The notes below the pieces were generated by a model. The model made no database searches. It saw nothing but the letters and a program-made list of their open reading frames with translations, and had not been told where the DNA came from. Below, piece after piece: positions 37,781-49,601 of a DNA stretch of 64,000 nucleotides. Each line of letters starts with the position of its first letter. Positions within the stretch are counted from its first letter, which is position 1. Source of the DNA: Candidatus Gottesmanbacteria bacterium (GTDB taxonomy: Bacteria > Patescibacteriota > Microgenomatia > UBA10105 > UBA927); NCBI GenBank assembly GCA_963711735.1, contig CAVQFA010000003.1:82971-146970 (forward strand), written 5' to 3'. A program made the position numbers and the translations under genes.

Positions 37781-38983
37781 ATGAGTATTACTAAATCCGT
37801 ATCATGGTTAACGCTTGTCAAAACAAGCATTCCGTTTCTTCTTTCACTCATTTTTGGTGCGCTGCTCATCATCGGTGTTATTTATGTGAGGAACCGCGAA
37901 CGGACATACCGGATGCGTGTTTCTGCTCTTGAAACAAACCGTTTTTCCCTGGAAGAACGTCTTGGAGAAGCTCAAAAAGAATTGGATACACTCAAGTCCG
38001 TGGATCAAAAGGTGAGAAACGACGCTCTCGAAGAGGAAATATCCCGGATTCAAACAACGTATAAGGATACGGTTTCCACGTATGACAAACTTCTTAAACT
38101 CAGGGAACAAACAACCAAAACCGGAACAATTGACCAGCTGTTCAGCCAGACTCTCTGGTATTTATCAAAAAATAACTACGCGTCAGCATCAGTGACCCTT
38201 AAAACTCTTTCAGGAGAAATGACGAAGCTCACGGATACAATCAATGCATCGTTTGTCATTCCGGCAAATGTTCCCGCCAGCAACGCTCCTCCCGCAGCGG
38301 GGTTTGCGCGGCAAAACGTTCAGACAGACGCAGGCAATTTTCTCGTAGATATTGTTTCTGCCGATCTTTCCTCCACACGCGTTATTGTAGACACAGCGTC
38401 TGACAAAGACTGTAGGAATGATTGTCCTGTCCTTCCTCTTGGTGATTATGTCGGAAGAAACGGTGGATTTGCGGGTATAAACGGGTCCTATTTCTGTCCG
38501 GCATCCTACCCATCCTGCCAGGATAAGAAAAATTCCTTTGACACACTCCTTATGAATAAAAATAAAGTGTATTTAAACTCCGACAACAATGTCTACAGCA
38601 CGGTTCCTGCTGTTATATTTTTAGGAGGCTCTGTCCGTTTTGTCGGACAGTCGCTTGCGTGGGGGAGGGATACCGGAGTTGACGGAGTCCTCGCTAACCA
38701 GCCGCTTCTTGTGTCAGGCGGGAATGTTGTCTTCGGAGGGGATGGCGATCCGAAAAAGGGAAGTAAAGGACCCCGTAGTTTTGTAGGGAACAAAGGAAAT
38801 ACCATATATATCGGCGTTGTTCATAATGCAACGGTTGCGGAAGGGGCAATTGTCCTCAAAGCTCTCGGGATGGAAAATGCTCTCAATCTCGATTCAGGAG
38901 GTTCTACTGCGCTCTGGTATGGAGGGTACAAAGTCGGACCGGGGAGGGCGATTCCCAACGCGATTGTTTTTGTCCGGAAATGA
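37781..38983 (+). CDS. Phosphodiester glycosidase (NAGPA) family with TM and coiled coil
   Basis: GINGSYF, PRSFVG, ALNLDSGGS. Confidence 0.85.
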   Translation: MSITKSVSWLTLVKTSIPFLLSLIFGALLIIGVIYVRNRERTYRMRVSALETNRFSLEERLGEAQKELDTLKSVDQKVRNDALEEEISRIQTTYKDTVSTYDKLLKLREQTTKTGTIDQLFSQTLWYLSKNNYASASVTLKTLSGEMTKLTDTINASFVIPANVPASNAPPAAGFARQNVQTDAGNFLVDIVSADLSSTRVIVDTASDKDCRNDCPVLPLGDYVGRNGGFAGINGSYFCPASYPSCQDKKNSFDTLLMNKNKVYLNSDNNVYSTVPAVIFLGGSVRFVGQSLAWGRDTGVDGVLANQPLLVSGGNVVFGGDGDPKKGSKGPRSFVGNKGNTIYIGVVHNATVAEGAIVLKALGMENALNLDSGGSTALWYGGYKVGPGRAIPNAIVFVRK

Positions 38984-39077
38984 AAATTTTTATTCACGCA
39001 ATTTTTTATTCGTCAAAAAATCAACTTCTTGCCCCTCATGATTGACAGTCTGCCCTTTGGAATGGAACAATAGATGT

Positions 39078-39929
39078 ATGGATGATACTGCCTCACCAAA
39101 ACTGACAAATGAGGATCTCTACGGCCCGACACGTCAGGATGACACGATACAGTCCGTAAATGAAGTAAACACGCCGGTACCGCAAAATTCCCCTTTTGAG
39201 GAAAAGGGTCTGCCGGACCCGCTTGCCACACCTGAGCTTCCGTCAGAAGGTGAACAAAATTTGCTTATGGGAGCAAAGAAAGGGAGTTTCTTTGGTACGG
39301 TATTTCTTTTGGGAGTGCTTTTTTTCATTGGCGTTGCCCTTAGCATTCCCTTGCGGATGTTTTTGACACCCTCACCCGAACCAACCAAACAACCGGCGTT
39401 TACCAACCAAATTCCTTCTCCTGAAGCAAAGCCAGATACCGGTACCGCATCATGGAATGCCTACCTGGCTCCGGGATCAATCATTACTGCCGCCTACAGG
39501 CTCCCTCCGGAAGTCTTAGAACCAATTTGTGACAGTCAGACGTGCGTCTCAGAGGGAACATATCTGCCCGGAGGCACGCGGTTTACCATATCCGTCAAAT
39601 CGCATGCAACCCCAGTGACGGACTTTTCCCGGTCTGTCATAACGGATGCAAATGGAAAAGCCTTCACAACAACCCCGGCGACAATCGGTGATAAAAACGC
39701 CCTTTCGTTTACCGGGACAAACGGGACGACATCGGGCGGGTACGCGTTTACGCAAATAAAGGGTGTCCTTATCAACATCTCTCCTTTAGGCTCTCTGGAG
39801 CTCAACCACTTTACACCCTCAGGTATAACGACGGATTTCGGAAGTGATGATATACTATTTGACAAAATCGTCTCGTCATTGGATTTTACTGCCCCGCCTG
39901 CAAGCCCAACAGCAGACGTTATTCCGTAA
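39078..39929 (+). CDS. Hypothetical membrane-anchored protein
   Basis: Disordered N-terminus, TM, C-terminal FDKIVSSLDF. Confidence 0.7.
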   Translation: MDDTASPKLTNEDLYGPTRQDDTIQSVNEVNTPVPQNSPFEEKGLPDPLATPELPSEGEQNLLMGAKKGSFFGTVFLLGVLFFIGVALSIPLRMFLTPSPEPTKQPAFTNQIPSPEAKPDTGTASWNAYLAPGSIITAAYRLPPEVLEPICDSQTCVSEGTYLPGGTRFTISVKSHATPVTDFSRSVITDANGKAFTTTPATIGDKNALSFTGTNGTTSGGYAFTQIKGVLINISPLGSLELNHFTPSGITTDFGSDDILFDKIVSSLDFTAPPASPTADVIP

Positions 39930-39945
39930 TCACACATCTTACGTT

Positions 39946-42201
39946 CTATTCCTGCTCCGATGGCCATTTCGATATGATGAGCGGATCGGATGTTTTTCGC
40001 GGGATTTCTTTCCAGATAGCTTCCGTTACAAACGGCATGAAAGGGTGGAGAAGCTTAAGCAGCGTAAGAAATACGTGCCGGAATACAGCGAGCGCCTGAA
40101 TATCACCCGATTTGAACCTTTCTTTATTTTTTTCTAAATATATATCGGCAACCCTGTGCCAGATAAATTCATACAGCGTCTGAGCTGCATCGGAAAACCG
40201 GTATGTGTCGAGGTTTTTTGTCACACCGGCAACAAGCATGTTTAGCTCCGATATAATCCGCTTATCTTCCGGATTTTTCAACTCCTCATGCATTGCGGTG
40301 TCATAGAACGGAATATCTTTTTTGCCCGTAAGGGACAACTGACAGCTGTCAACCATAAATCTCCCTATGTTCCAGATCTTATTTGCGAAGTTGCGCATCC
40401 CCCGGATTTTATCTTCCGAAATGGCGATGTCGCTTCCCGGTCCGGCACCGAAAACAAGAGCGAAACGGAGCGCATCAGCACCGTATGTATCAACCATTTC
40501 AATCGGGTTAACGACATTCCCTTTGCTTTTACTCATCTTCTGTCCTTTGGAATCCACAACCCGACTATGAAGGTGGATCGTCTTAAAAGGAACCTCGTCC
40601 GTGAGATACAACCCGAGCATCATCATCCGTGCAACCCAGAAAAACAGGATATCCCAAAGGGTATCAAGAACTGAGGTGGGATAGAAATATTCAAAATCCC
40701 CGGGTTTACTTTTGAGGGTATTTACCGGCCATTGTCCGGAAAGGAACCACGTATCAAACGTATCTGTTTCCTGTAACACGTGTGTCCTCCGCAGTGCTAG
40801 TACATAAATGGGCATCAAGTGCATATATTGCATCAACCGGTGCCGTAAGAGACTGCAAACCCGATTGGATTTCTTCAAATGAATGTTTTTCTGCGACATC
40901 TTTGTACCTGCCGTGGATTTTCTGTTTATCCGTATCAAGAAAAGATAGTTCGATGTTTTTATTGCAGTCTAAACAATACCAGGCAGGAATTCTGGGTCCC
41001 CACACGATTTGTCTCGAGATGTTCCAGTCTTCAATATTGTTTAACCAGTCAAAATACATTTTCTCAAAACGCTTGAGGGGCTACGATTTTAGTCTTTTTC
41101 TTTTTCACGGCTTCGATTGCTTTTACGGCAAGCGGTTTAGTTTTTATATACCACTGCGGGAGAAGCATCGGTTCGATTGTTGATTTACACCGGTAACAAA
41201 CGCTGACTGTATGTCTGAGAGTCTCTGTTTTTACGAGCTTTCCGGTTTTTTCCAGGTCTTCAACGACGGCTTTCCGTGCGGGCGTCACCTTCATACCGGT
41301 GTATTTTTCCGGAACATTATAAAGCCGTCCGAATCTGTCAATGGAACTGATAATCGGCAATTTGTGACGCTGTCCGATTTCATAATCCGTAGGATCATGC
41401 GCCGGAGTGACTTTGAGAGCACCCGTACCGAAATCTCTTTCAATTTCATCATCAGTTACAACAGGTATTTCTTTACCCGTTATGGGAATGGTTGCCATTT
41501 TGCCGACAATACTTTTGTAACGCTTATCCTTCGGATGAACGGCGACAGCGACATCGGCAAATATTGTTTCGGGTCTGGTTGTGGCAATTTGGATAACACC
41601 GTAGTCCAGGTAATAAAGAAGGTCGTCGCGTTCCTCGTGATTTATTTCGAGGTCAGAAAAGGCAGTTCCGCACTTGACGCAGTAATTCACAAGCCTGTTG
41701 GTGCGGTATATAAGTCCGTCTTTATGGAGTTTTCTGAAAGTCTCAAAGACCCTCTCAACAATTTCCGGTTCCAGACTGTAATGGTAGCGCGTCCAGTCGA
41801 GAGAAAATCCGAGACGCTTCATCTGGTCCTTATTGATTGTCTTGTTAGCGTCAACAAAATCGGCAATCATCCGATACAAAGTGTCACGGTCAAAGTCAAA
41901 CCTGCTTTTTCCTTCTTTTGCCAGTTTCCTTTCAAATACAAACTGGGTTTCGATACCGGCGTGATCTCCTCCGGGAAGCCAGAGTGTCGGATACGCCTCG
42001 CATCCGGTGATACCGGATCATGATATCTTCAACGGTAAAAAGCGCGTGTCCCATATGCATGGGATCGTTGGCGTTCGGAAGGGGAAGGAGAATGGAGAAT
42101 GGTTTCTTTTTTTTATCTATGGAAGGAGTAAAGTACCCACCCTCTTCCCACATGCGGTAGATGGATTCTTCATGTTTCTTTGCTTCGTATGCTTTATCCA
42201 T
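39946..42201 (-). CDS. valS: Valine--tRNA ligase (split by several apparent frameshifts)
   Basis: [31 protein letters not shown] spread over four ORFs. Confidence 0.92.
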
Positions 42202-42202
42202 A

Positions 42203-42445
42203 TTACTCCTGTTGTTCTATTGTAAATTGTACATCAGGAAAATACTCACGCATTAACTCTAATGCTTTCTCTAATCCTTCGGGAGTGTGTATATCTATTG
42301 AAAAACCATGGTGTTCCATCATGTGTTGATATCCGTTTAGTATTGCTTGCCGCTCAGCTGTACGTCCTTCTCCTCTTGCTACTCCAAAAATTGAACATCC
42401 ATCACTGGGACAAATGCCCATTTCAATTTTTGTATAAGTACTCAT
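42203..42445 (-). CDS. Small putative metal-binding protein (DUF1059-like)
   Basis: C-x4-C ... H-x3-HG. Confidence 0.45.
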   Translation of the reverse strand: MSTYTKIEMGICPSDGCSIFGVARGEGRTAERQAILNGYQHMMEHHGFSIDIHTPEGLEKALELMREYFPDVQFTIEQQE

Positions 42446-42486
42446 AGCGTGTTGATTCTACGCGATATTATATGGAAGAGCAATGT

Positions 42487-43600
42487 CTATTCAACCTCCA
42501 CATCAAGATCTGGTTCTGCTTCAATTGTGCGCCAGTCAACCTTCTTCCCCCTGAAATATGCGTATGCTCCGATGTATGCGGCGTTATCCGTGCAAAGAGG
42601 TACGGGAGGAAAAAACAACTGCATGTTGCAGGATGTACATTGTGTGTTAAATTTTTCCCGGAGACGAAGGTTTGCGGCAACTCCGCCGGATACAAGAATG
42701 GACTTCGCTGAGTACTTTTCTGCCGCTCGGAGTGTTTTTACTACAAGTACATCGGTAATTGCTTCCTGCACTTCGTATGCCAATGCACTTACACGTTGTT
42801 GTTGTAAGTTGTAGGTTGTAAGTTATTAAATATTTATTCCACTCTCTCTGAAGTATCGCGGTTTTGAGTCCCGAAAAGGAAAAGTTGAGCGTATCATCAT
42901 GCATCATGGGACGGGGTAAACCAATCTTAAATTTCAAATTTGAAATTTTAAATTGAGATGCTGCTTCCTGTATCGCTGCCCCCCCGCGTGACCCGAATCC
43001 CAAAAGCCGGGCGCTTTTATCAAATGCCTCACCCGCCGCATCATCAATCGTTCCCCCAAGCCATTTCAAATCCTTCGGCGAACGCATGAGAAACAGTTCC
43101 GTGTGTCCTCCGGAAACAACGAGGGAAATGGCGGGAAAAGATATGACTATATTGTTGCTCCTCGACGGTCCTCGGAGCAAATTTCCTTCAGAAGACTGAA
43201 GGAAATTTGCATACATATGAGCCAGGACGTGGTTGACGGGAATAATCGGTTTGCCTGTCACATACGCTATCGTTTTTGCGGCTTCAACTCCTATAAGAAG
43301 CGATCCGATAAGCCCCGGGCCGGTCGTCACGGCAATCGCATCAATGTATTTCTCTATGCGTTTCTTATACTTTTCCGTTTCTGTGACTGTCTCTTTATCC
43401 GCAAATGGCTCGAGGGCTTCAACAATAACGGGAATGATAGACGCCAACTGTTCCCGCGCCGCAACCTCCGGCACGATCCCGCCCCATTTCTCATGCATGG
43501 ATGTCGATGAGGCAACAACGTTTGTGATGATTTTCGTTCCGTTCTCCACTATTGAAGCAGCAGTTTCATCACAGGATGTTTCGATTGCTAAGATAATCAT
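42487..43600 (-). CDS. tsaD: tRNA N6-threonylcarbamoyltransferase (frameshifted)
   Basis: IETSCDET, GPGL, VSGGHT, GEAFDK, SFSGLKT, GGVAAN, TDNA. Confidence 0.93.
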
Positions 43601-44766
43601 ATGTGAGCCGGCGGAGAATTTTTCATCGTTTTCAGCTTAAAATTAATGTACAACACTGACAGCATACAAAACTGGACAATAATGAGGGCTTTTGCCGGTC
43701 CGTACAGATCCGCAACAATTCCCAGTACCGGTGAAAATATTCCGTAGAATATGCTCCCGAAAAACGAATTGAGTGATGCCATTGTTGCTCGCTCTCCTCT
43801 CGTATATTCTTTTTGCATCAGGGAATTTATGGCAACCTGTGTCGCACCGTAAAATACGGATGAGGATCCCATAATGACAGGGGACACGATAGTCGCGTAT
43901 CCGTACGCGATAAAATTTACAATCCGCGTATAAATGTTGGCAATAATTAATATGTTATATTCACCCATTTTACGTATAAGTTTGCCGCTAAACCAGTAGC
44001 TTAAAAACGCTCCTCCGTACGAAATCATTCTGGAGAATCCTATTGCCCAGATTGGCCAGAGAGTGCCGATAAAAGCCGCATTGAAATGGAATGACGATTC
44101 ACCGATTCCAAAGCTCAGAATATCCTGAATACTTAACAGTTTGAGTCTTTTATTGTTCCACATATTGAATGCTGAGATTTTCAGGTGGGAAAAAATATTT
44201 GTCTGACCTTTCGTGCTCTTTTCAGGATTTTGAAGGAAAAATGAAAGCATAAGACAAAGTGCCTGCGGAATAACCGATAGCCACATAATCAGGGGGAATG
44301 ACCATTGCGCCAGTATGCTTCCGACAACTGCGCCTATCATGAGCGCCAACTGGAACATGGAGCTTGTTTTCCCGAGGTAATGGGCAAATTTTTCTTTGTT
44401 CCCGGATTGAGAAAGAGAATCATAAAGAAGTGCATCATTGTTGCCGCTGTACCATGAACGGGATAAGCCTTCCAAAAGTGCACCAATAAAAAGTATCCAG
44501 TATGAGTATCCGATTGCATAGAATATTGCAGATACTGTTGCCGAAAGAGCTCCGAACATTACCGTTCTTTTCCGGCCGATAATATCTGAAAATATTCCTG
44601 TCGGAACTTCAAACAGAGCAGACGACAGCATGACGACGGAAAAAAGACTCATGCCAAGCGTGTACGAGCCGGTTACATGTACGAAATACAATATGAGTAC
44701 GGCACTATGGAATCTGAAGTCCGTAAAAAAATTAAATAGCGAAAGCAGCTTGATATTACGTTCCAT
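43597..44766 (-). CDS. MFS transporter
   Basis: EVPTGIFSDIIGRK motif A; about 12 TM. Confidence 0.9.
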   Translation of the reverse strand: MERNIKLLSLFNFFTDFRFHSAVLILYFVHVTGSYTLGMSLFSVVMLSSALFEVPTGIFSDIIGRKRTVMFGALSATVSAIFYAIGYSYWILFIGALLEGLSRSWYSGNNDALLYDSLSQSGNKEKFAHYLGKTSSMFQLALMIGAVVGSILAQWSFPLIMWLSVIPQALCLMLSFFLQNPEKSTKGQTNIFSHLKISAFNMWNNKRLKLLSIQDILSFGIGESSFHFNAAFIGTLWPIWAIGFSRMISYGGAFLSYWFSGKLIRKMGEYNILIIANIYTRIVNFIAYGYATIVSPVIMGSSSVFYGATQVAINSLMQKEYTRGERATMASLNSFFGSIFYGIFSPVLGIVADLYGPAKALIIVQFCMLSVLYINFKLKTMKNSPPAHI

Positions 44767-44822
44767 GTTTCGATTATAGCGGAGATGGTCGTGTGAAGAA
44801 ATCGTGGCTTATGAGAATGCGG

Positions 44823-45266
44823 TTATTCAAGTCCCAGAAGTTTAGCGAGCTGACTCGTTGACGGGGTGTGAATTTTAGGGATAATGACGAGTTTTGCATC
44901 AATAAGCTTTGCCTGCAGTTCGATTTTCCCGATATGTACTTCACCTTCTGTAACGGCTATGATGTCCGGATTGATTTTCCTCACAAGGTTTATATAATCC
45001 CCGTCACTTACCATCGTCGGAAGTCGGATGACCTCATCAACAAAAGACAGAGACTTGAGCATTTCGGCCCGTTGTGTCTGAGTATGTATCGGACGCGATG
45101 GACCTTTTAACCTCCGGACGTCCCCGTCAGACTGAAGCATTACAATAAGTTTTTCTCCCAATGATTTCGCCTGTTTTAAAAAAGTAATATGTCCGAAGTG
45201 GATGAAATCAAAACATCCGCCCACCAACACAACACCTCCGTGTTCTTTAATGTTTTGTTTGTTCAT
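44823..45266 (-). CDS. Cytidylyltransferase-like nucleotidyltransferase
   Basis: GCFDFIHFGH, KG..RP, STS. Confidence 0.88.
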   Translation of the reverse strand: MNKQNIKEHGGVVLVGGCFDFIHFGHITFLKQAKSLGEKLIVMLQSDGDVRRLKGPSRPIHTQTQRAEMLKSLSFVDEVIRLPTMVSDGDYINLVRKINPDIIAVTEGEVHIGKIELQAKLIDAKLVIIPKIHTPSTSQLAKLLGLE

Positions 45267-45276
45267 ATGACATGTA

Positions 45277-46716
45277 TTATGGCATCGTTCCCTTCAGGTA
45301 CACAGCCTGCCAGGGACGGAATACTGACGTGAATGTCTTTTCAATAAGTTTTTCATCGCCCCGCGTCACTTTATATTCAAACGATGCTTTCGCGCCCCAT
45401 GCTGCCCAATCCACCTGTTTTACCACGCCTACTTTTAATGTCGGATCGTCCTGATACAAATCAGGCGGAGGAGGTGATACGTCCCACATTTTAAATCCGA
45501 ACAACTCAGCTTTCCTTCCGTCAGGCGTACCGTAGAGATTAAATGTCAGGTTCATGTTTTGGGTATCCGCAATTGTCTGGATGAGGATGTATGCGGGTGT
45601 ATCGTTTTTTATAACAAGATCAGCTGACGGATCAAATACCGTTGCGTCAAGTCCCGCTTTAAATCCTCCGTCCTCGTAATAATGGACACGGTATGCGTGT
45701 GCGTGTCGTTCTATGATGGGAAGCCCTGCATTCATTGCGGCACGAAACAGCGTGGTTGAAACCTGACATACACCTCCGCCGTCTCCGAGTATTGTTCTTC
45801 CTTCTTTTATGATATATGCGGGCTGATATCCCGTTGCAGCAGACACATCCCCAAGCGTTTTGTTAAACGAAAAAGTTGCGCCGGGAGGAATAAGCACTCC
45901 GTTAAAGCGGGCTGAAGCAAGTGCAACATTGTGGATTCTGCCCTGTATAGATCCGGGAAATACCGAATACCCGGTTCCGATGAGCTCTTTTATGCCGAAC
46001 GAATTTGCATTATCTGTGGATACTGACGGTTTTATCGTAAGAGTTGTAAGCTCAATTGTAAATTCCCGAATCGGAGTTTTCGGGATGTTGGCAATGGCAT
46101 CTGTTAATTTTCCCATTACGGCAGCGCGGTCAAGTTTCCGTCCGTCCGACGACGGTTTAAATGCTGTCACTTTCCCATCTGTAAACGTGAAAAGCGCGTC
46201 CTGTGGCTCTGTATCAATTGAGGCAGAAAACGTGTCGAGAATTTCCTCTATTAAATTTTTTCTGTAACGGAAATAAGGCGTCAAATCAATCCTTTTTTCG
46301 AACAATTGCTGCCGGATGTCCGAGAGAATGTTGCCGCTTCTGCCGATTGCGTATGCCTGACTCGCTGAAATGGTTGCGTCATACCCCAAATCCAACATGC
46401 TGCCGGATACGGTCGCAATGGTAGTCCCATATATAAATTCAAACCTGCTTTGGGTAAACGGTTCATTTTTAGAAAGCCAGAAATCGCGTACTTCATCCGC
46501 CGTCTTTCCGCCGAACGGAATACCGCCGACGTTCACTGACGGGTACACTTTATTTTCATACCGTGCTTCAAAAACGGCAAACAGGAGTACGACGAACATA
46601 ATAAGAAGGAGAGCAGCGTCTAAAATAATAAACATGAGGTGTCGCCGCGGAGGAACGGATCCTTGTTGTTTATGGTGCTTTTTTAATTCAGGAGGAGTAA
46701 TTTTTTTCCGTAACAT
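45277..46716 (-). CDS. VanW family protein
   Basis: FSFN, GGGVCQVSTTLF, ERHAH, GLDATV. Confidence 0.9.
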   Translation of the reverse strand: MLRKKITPPELKKHHKQQGSVPPRRHLMFIILDAALLLIMFVVLLFAVFEARYENKVYPSVNVGGIPFGGKTADEVRDFWLSKNEPFTQSRFEFIYGTTIATVSGSMLDLGYDATISASQAYAIGRSGNILSDIRQQLFEKRIDLTPYFRYRKNLIEEILDTFSASIDTEPQDALFTFTDGKVTAFKPSSDGRKLDRAAVMGKLTDAIANIPKTPIREFTIELTTLTIKPSVSTDNANSFGIKELIGTGYSVFPGSIQGRIHNVALASARFNGVLIPPGATFSFNKTLGDVSAATGYQPAYIIKEGRTILGDGGGVCQVSTTLFRAAMNAGLPIIERHAHAYRVHYYEDGGFKAGLDATVFDPSADLVIKNDTPAYILIQTIADTQNMNLTFNLYGTPDGRKAELFGFKMWDVSPPPPDLYQDDPTLKVGVVKQVDWAAWGAKASFEYKVTRGDEKLIEKTFTSVFRPWQAVYLKGTMP

Positions 46717-46957
46717 GATATGATAATTGTATACCAATCTTACTTTAGTTTAATCATCCTGCGCCCGGTTGGATGCAGGGTGAAAAACAAGTGAGAAAGG
46801 TATATGCTGGAAAAACCGTATATAAAAAATAGTTTTTTCAGAATATATGATTCGAAGGCTAGGATGATGGGGTGTATGCTTATACATAGCTCGCGCGCAA
46901 TACTCTATACTATACGAAAATATACATAAGTACAACATTCGGCGTATCTGAAAATGT

Positions 46958-48529
46958 ATGACAAATCAATCTCAACAATCCCAGGGCACCGTCACAATAG
47001 ATATGCCTGCAACAACGCCGCCGCCCGTAGAACCCCCGTCAAACCCCCAGCCACGCGGAATGCCCATCCAGGAAACTGTTGTCATCCCGACCACTCCGCC
47101 CCAGACACCAAACATATATCAAACACCGGTAACTCCGCCTGCTGAAACACCGTCTTTTCAGCCTGTAAGTCCGGATATGGGAATACCTGCATCATCACAA
47201 AAATCATCTAAACCCGGTGGTGGTTTTGGAAAAATTCTCAAAACTCTTCTCATGCTTCTGCTTCTGGCTCTCCTGATCGGTGGTGGGATATACGCTGCAA
47301 CTAAATTTATGGGCGGGTCCAAAACAGCAACCATTTCATACTGGGGATTGTGGGAAAATGAAAATATCATCACTCCTCTCATCGCAGATTTTGAAAGCAC
47401 ACATCCGAATATAAAAGTCGAGTACGTCAAACAATCACATAAAGAATACCGTGAGAGGTTATCAAGCGCAATTGAGCGTGGAGAGGGACCTGATGTTTTC
47501 CGGTTTCATAATACCTGGGTGCCCATGTATAAATCAATTCTATCAACGGTTCCCGAGGATATAATGACTGTTTCGGAATTTTCATCTACATTCTACCCGG
47601 TTGCCAAACGGGATCTCGTCGGAGGATCGAATATATATGGTATGCCGGTCATGATTGACGGGCTGGGGTTATACGTTAATACTGATTTACTGGCAGCAGC
47701 CGGAGCGTCTCCTCCCACCTCATGGGAAGATGTACTTACAATGGTGCCGAGACTCACCGTGAGAAACGGTGAATCCATAACAACGGCAGGAATAGCGCTC
47801 GGTACTGCCAATAATGTCGAACATTTCAGTGATATACTCGCAACGATGATCATGCAGAATGGAGGAGATCTGGTAAATCCCACAAGCAAAGAGTCAGAAG
47901 AGGCGCTCATTTTTTACCGCAAGTTTGCAGATCTCAACGACCCTGTATATTCATGGAATTCAACGATGGATAATTCTGTCTATGCGTTTGCAACAGGAAA
48001 GGTTGCTATGATATTCGCCCCGTCCTGGCGTGCGTTTGATGTGAAACAGATAAATCCTAATTTCAACTGGATCATAACCCCCATACCCCAGCTTCCGGGC
48101 AACACTGTTACGTGGGCGTCATATTGGGTGGAGGGTGTGTCTGCTAAAAGCCCCAATCAGAAAGCTGCATGGGAATTTGTCAAATACATGACAGGCAAAG
48201 AGGGAGCAACCAAGCTGTACACAGAAGCATCCAAGGTCCGTTTATTCGGAGAACCGTACGCACGCGTCGATATGGCGGGAAGTCTCGCAGGAGACGCGTA
48301 TACAGAAGCATATGTCAAACAGGCTCCTGACGCACGGTCGTTTCCTCTTGCTTCACGGACGTTTGATAACGGACTTAATGATCAGATGATCAAATACCTT
48401 GAAGACGCCGTCAATAGTGTTGCGGGTGGATCTGCACCAAGTGCGGCACTGAAAACCGCATCGTACGGATTTCAACAGATATTATCCAAGTATGGCCTCG
48501 TTTCTGCGTCTGCTCCGCTCACACAATAA
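46958..48529 (+). CDS. Extracellular sugar-type solute-binding protein, TM-anchored with Pro-rich N-terminus
   Basis: GPDVF, FATGKVAM, AAWEFVKY. Confidence 0.88.
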   Translation: MTNQSQQSQGTVTIDMPATTPPPVEPPSNPQPRGMPIQETVVIPTTPPQTPNIYQTPVTPPAETPSFQPVSPDMGIPASSQKSSKPGGGFGKILKTLLMLLLLALLIGGGIYAATKFMGGSKTATISYWGLWENENIITPLIADFESTHPNIKVEYVKQSHKEYRERLSSAIERGEGPDVFRFHNTWVPMYKSILSTVPEDIMTVSEFSSTFYPVAKRDLVGGSNIYGMPVMIDGLGLYVNTDLLAAAGASPPTSWEDVLTMVPRLTVRNGESITTAGIALGTANNVEHFSDILATMIMQNGGDLVNPTSKESEEALIFYRKFADLNDPVYSWNSTMDNSVYAFATGKVAMIFAPSWRAFDVKQINPNFNWIITPIPQLPGNTVTWASYWVEGVSAKSPNQKAAWEFVKYMTGKEGATKLYTEASKVRLFGEPYARVDMAGSLAGDAYTEAYVKQAPDARSFPLASRTFDNGLNDQMIKYLEDAVNSVAGGSAPSAALKTASYGFQQILSKYGLVSASAPLTQ

Positions 48530-48532
48530 TAA

Positions 48533-49470
48533 ATGATCTTATCAACATCTGACCGAATATATGCCACGGTAGCGTACGGTGATGTTTTTGACTATCCCGT
48601 TACGGAGGCGGAAATAGTACGTTTCTTCATCGGACCGGAAAAAAGCGCAAAAAAAATACGCGCAACACTGCGTCGTATGCGCGTTTACTATCGCAAAAAA
48701 TCAGAGGGTCCGCGCCTCTATCATCTGTCCGGTCGTAAACATATAGTGTCGTATCGCAGGATCAGAAACGTGTGGGCGGATGCAAAATGGAAAGAGGCCA
48801 GGCGTGTAGCTGCCATTCTCGGACATATTCCCTCAGTCAGGCTTGTCGGAGTCACGGGAGGACTTGCCAGAAATAATGCAGCGCATACCGATGATATTGA
48901 TATTTTCATAATTAGCCGGGAAAAAAACGCTATACAGTACCCGGTTTCTGGTAACACTGACAACAGAGCTCGTTTCCAAAAGGCGTCGTCCGTTGGAGTT
49001 GGAACACGGCAACAGCATTTGTTTAAATATGTATATGTCAGAGGATAAACTCACTATCCCTTCCCAAGAACAGGACCTTTACACTGCTTATGAGCTTCTC
49101 CAGATGAAACCGCTTATAGATAAGGACAATATCTTACCGGTTATTCGTGTTGTCCAATTCATGGGTACGTTCACTTCTTGGTAACGCGTGGGAAGAAACG
49201 ATGCAACATCATAAAACCGCGCATCCGCAAGGTCAAATCCTGAACCCCTCTCGTTTTATCAATCTGCTCATCGTCTTATTGCAGGCAATAGAACCTTTCG
49301 CACGTTTCATCCAGCTTTTGTATATGAGACGAAGAAGAACGACGGAGGTTGTAACCCAAACGCGTATTCGTTTTCACCCTCACGATGTACGCACTATTAT
49401 CCGTGAAAAATTTGCACAGAGACTGGCCAAATATAATATCCCCCTTGACAAGCTGTGGAATGCTACATAA
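48533..49470 (+). CDS. Putative nucleotidyltransferase-fold protein (split by apparent frameshifts)
   Basis: GVTGGLA...DDIDIFII; ICLN; FHP across three ORFs. Confidence 0.6.
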
Positions 49471-49473
49471 AAT
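49445..49473 (+). promoter_or_regulatory. Sigma70 promoter for groESL
   Basis: TTGACA-17 nt-TAAAAT. Confidence 0.75.
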
Positions 49474-49498
49474 AGCAGTCGTATTACATGAGTGCCAA
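49472..49498 (+). promoter_or_regulatory. CIRCE element (HrcA operator)
   Basis: ATAGCAGTC-N9-GAGTGCCAA vs consensus TTAGCACTC-N9-GAGTGCTAA, upstream of groES. Confidence 0.85.
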
Positions 49499-49601
49499 AA
49501 AATTAGAGGCGCAAAGCGTGAATATGGTGTGATTTTCGTATATCTGTGCGATAATCTCACAATGAACGCTCGCGCTCTTTGTTTCTATAAAGGAGGTCCG
49601 T

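Noticed and set aside
39946-43600. Pseudogenisation or programmed frameshifting of valS and tsaD (also murF, femABX, acyltransferase, hydrolase, ATPase)
   Set aside because: Small indels are scattered through essential genes with intact motifs; sequencing or assembly error is the simplest explanation
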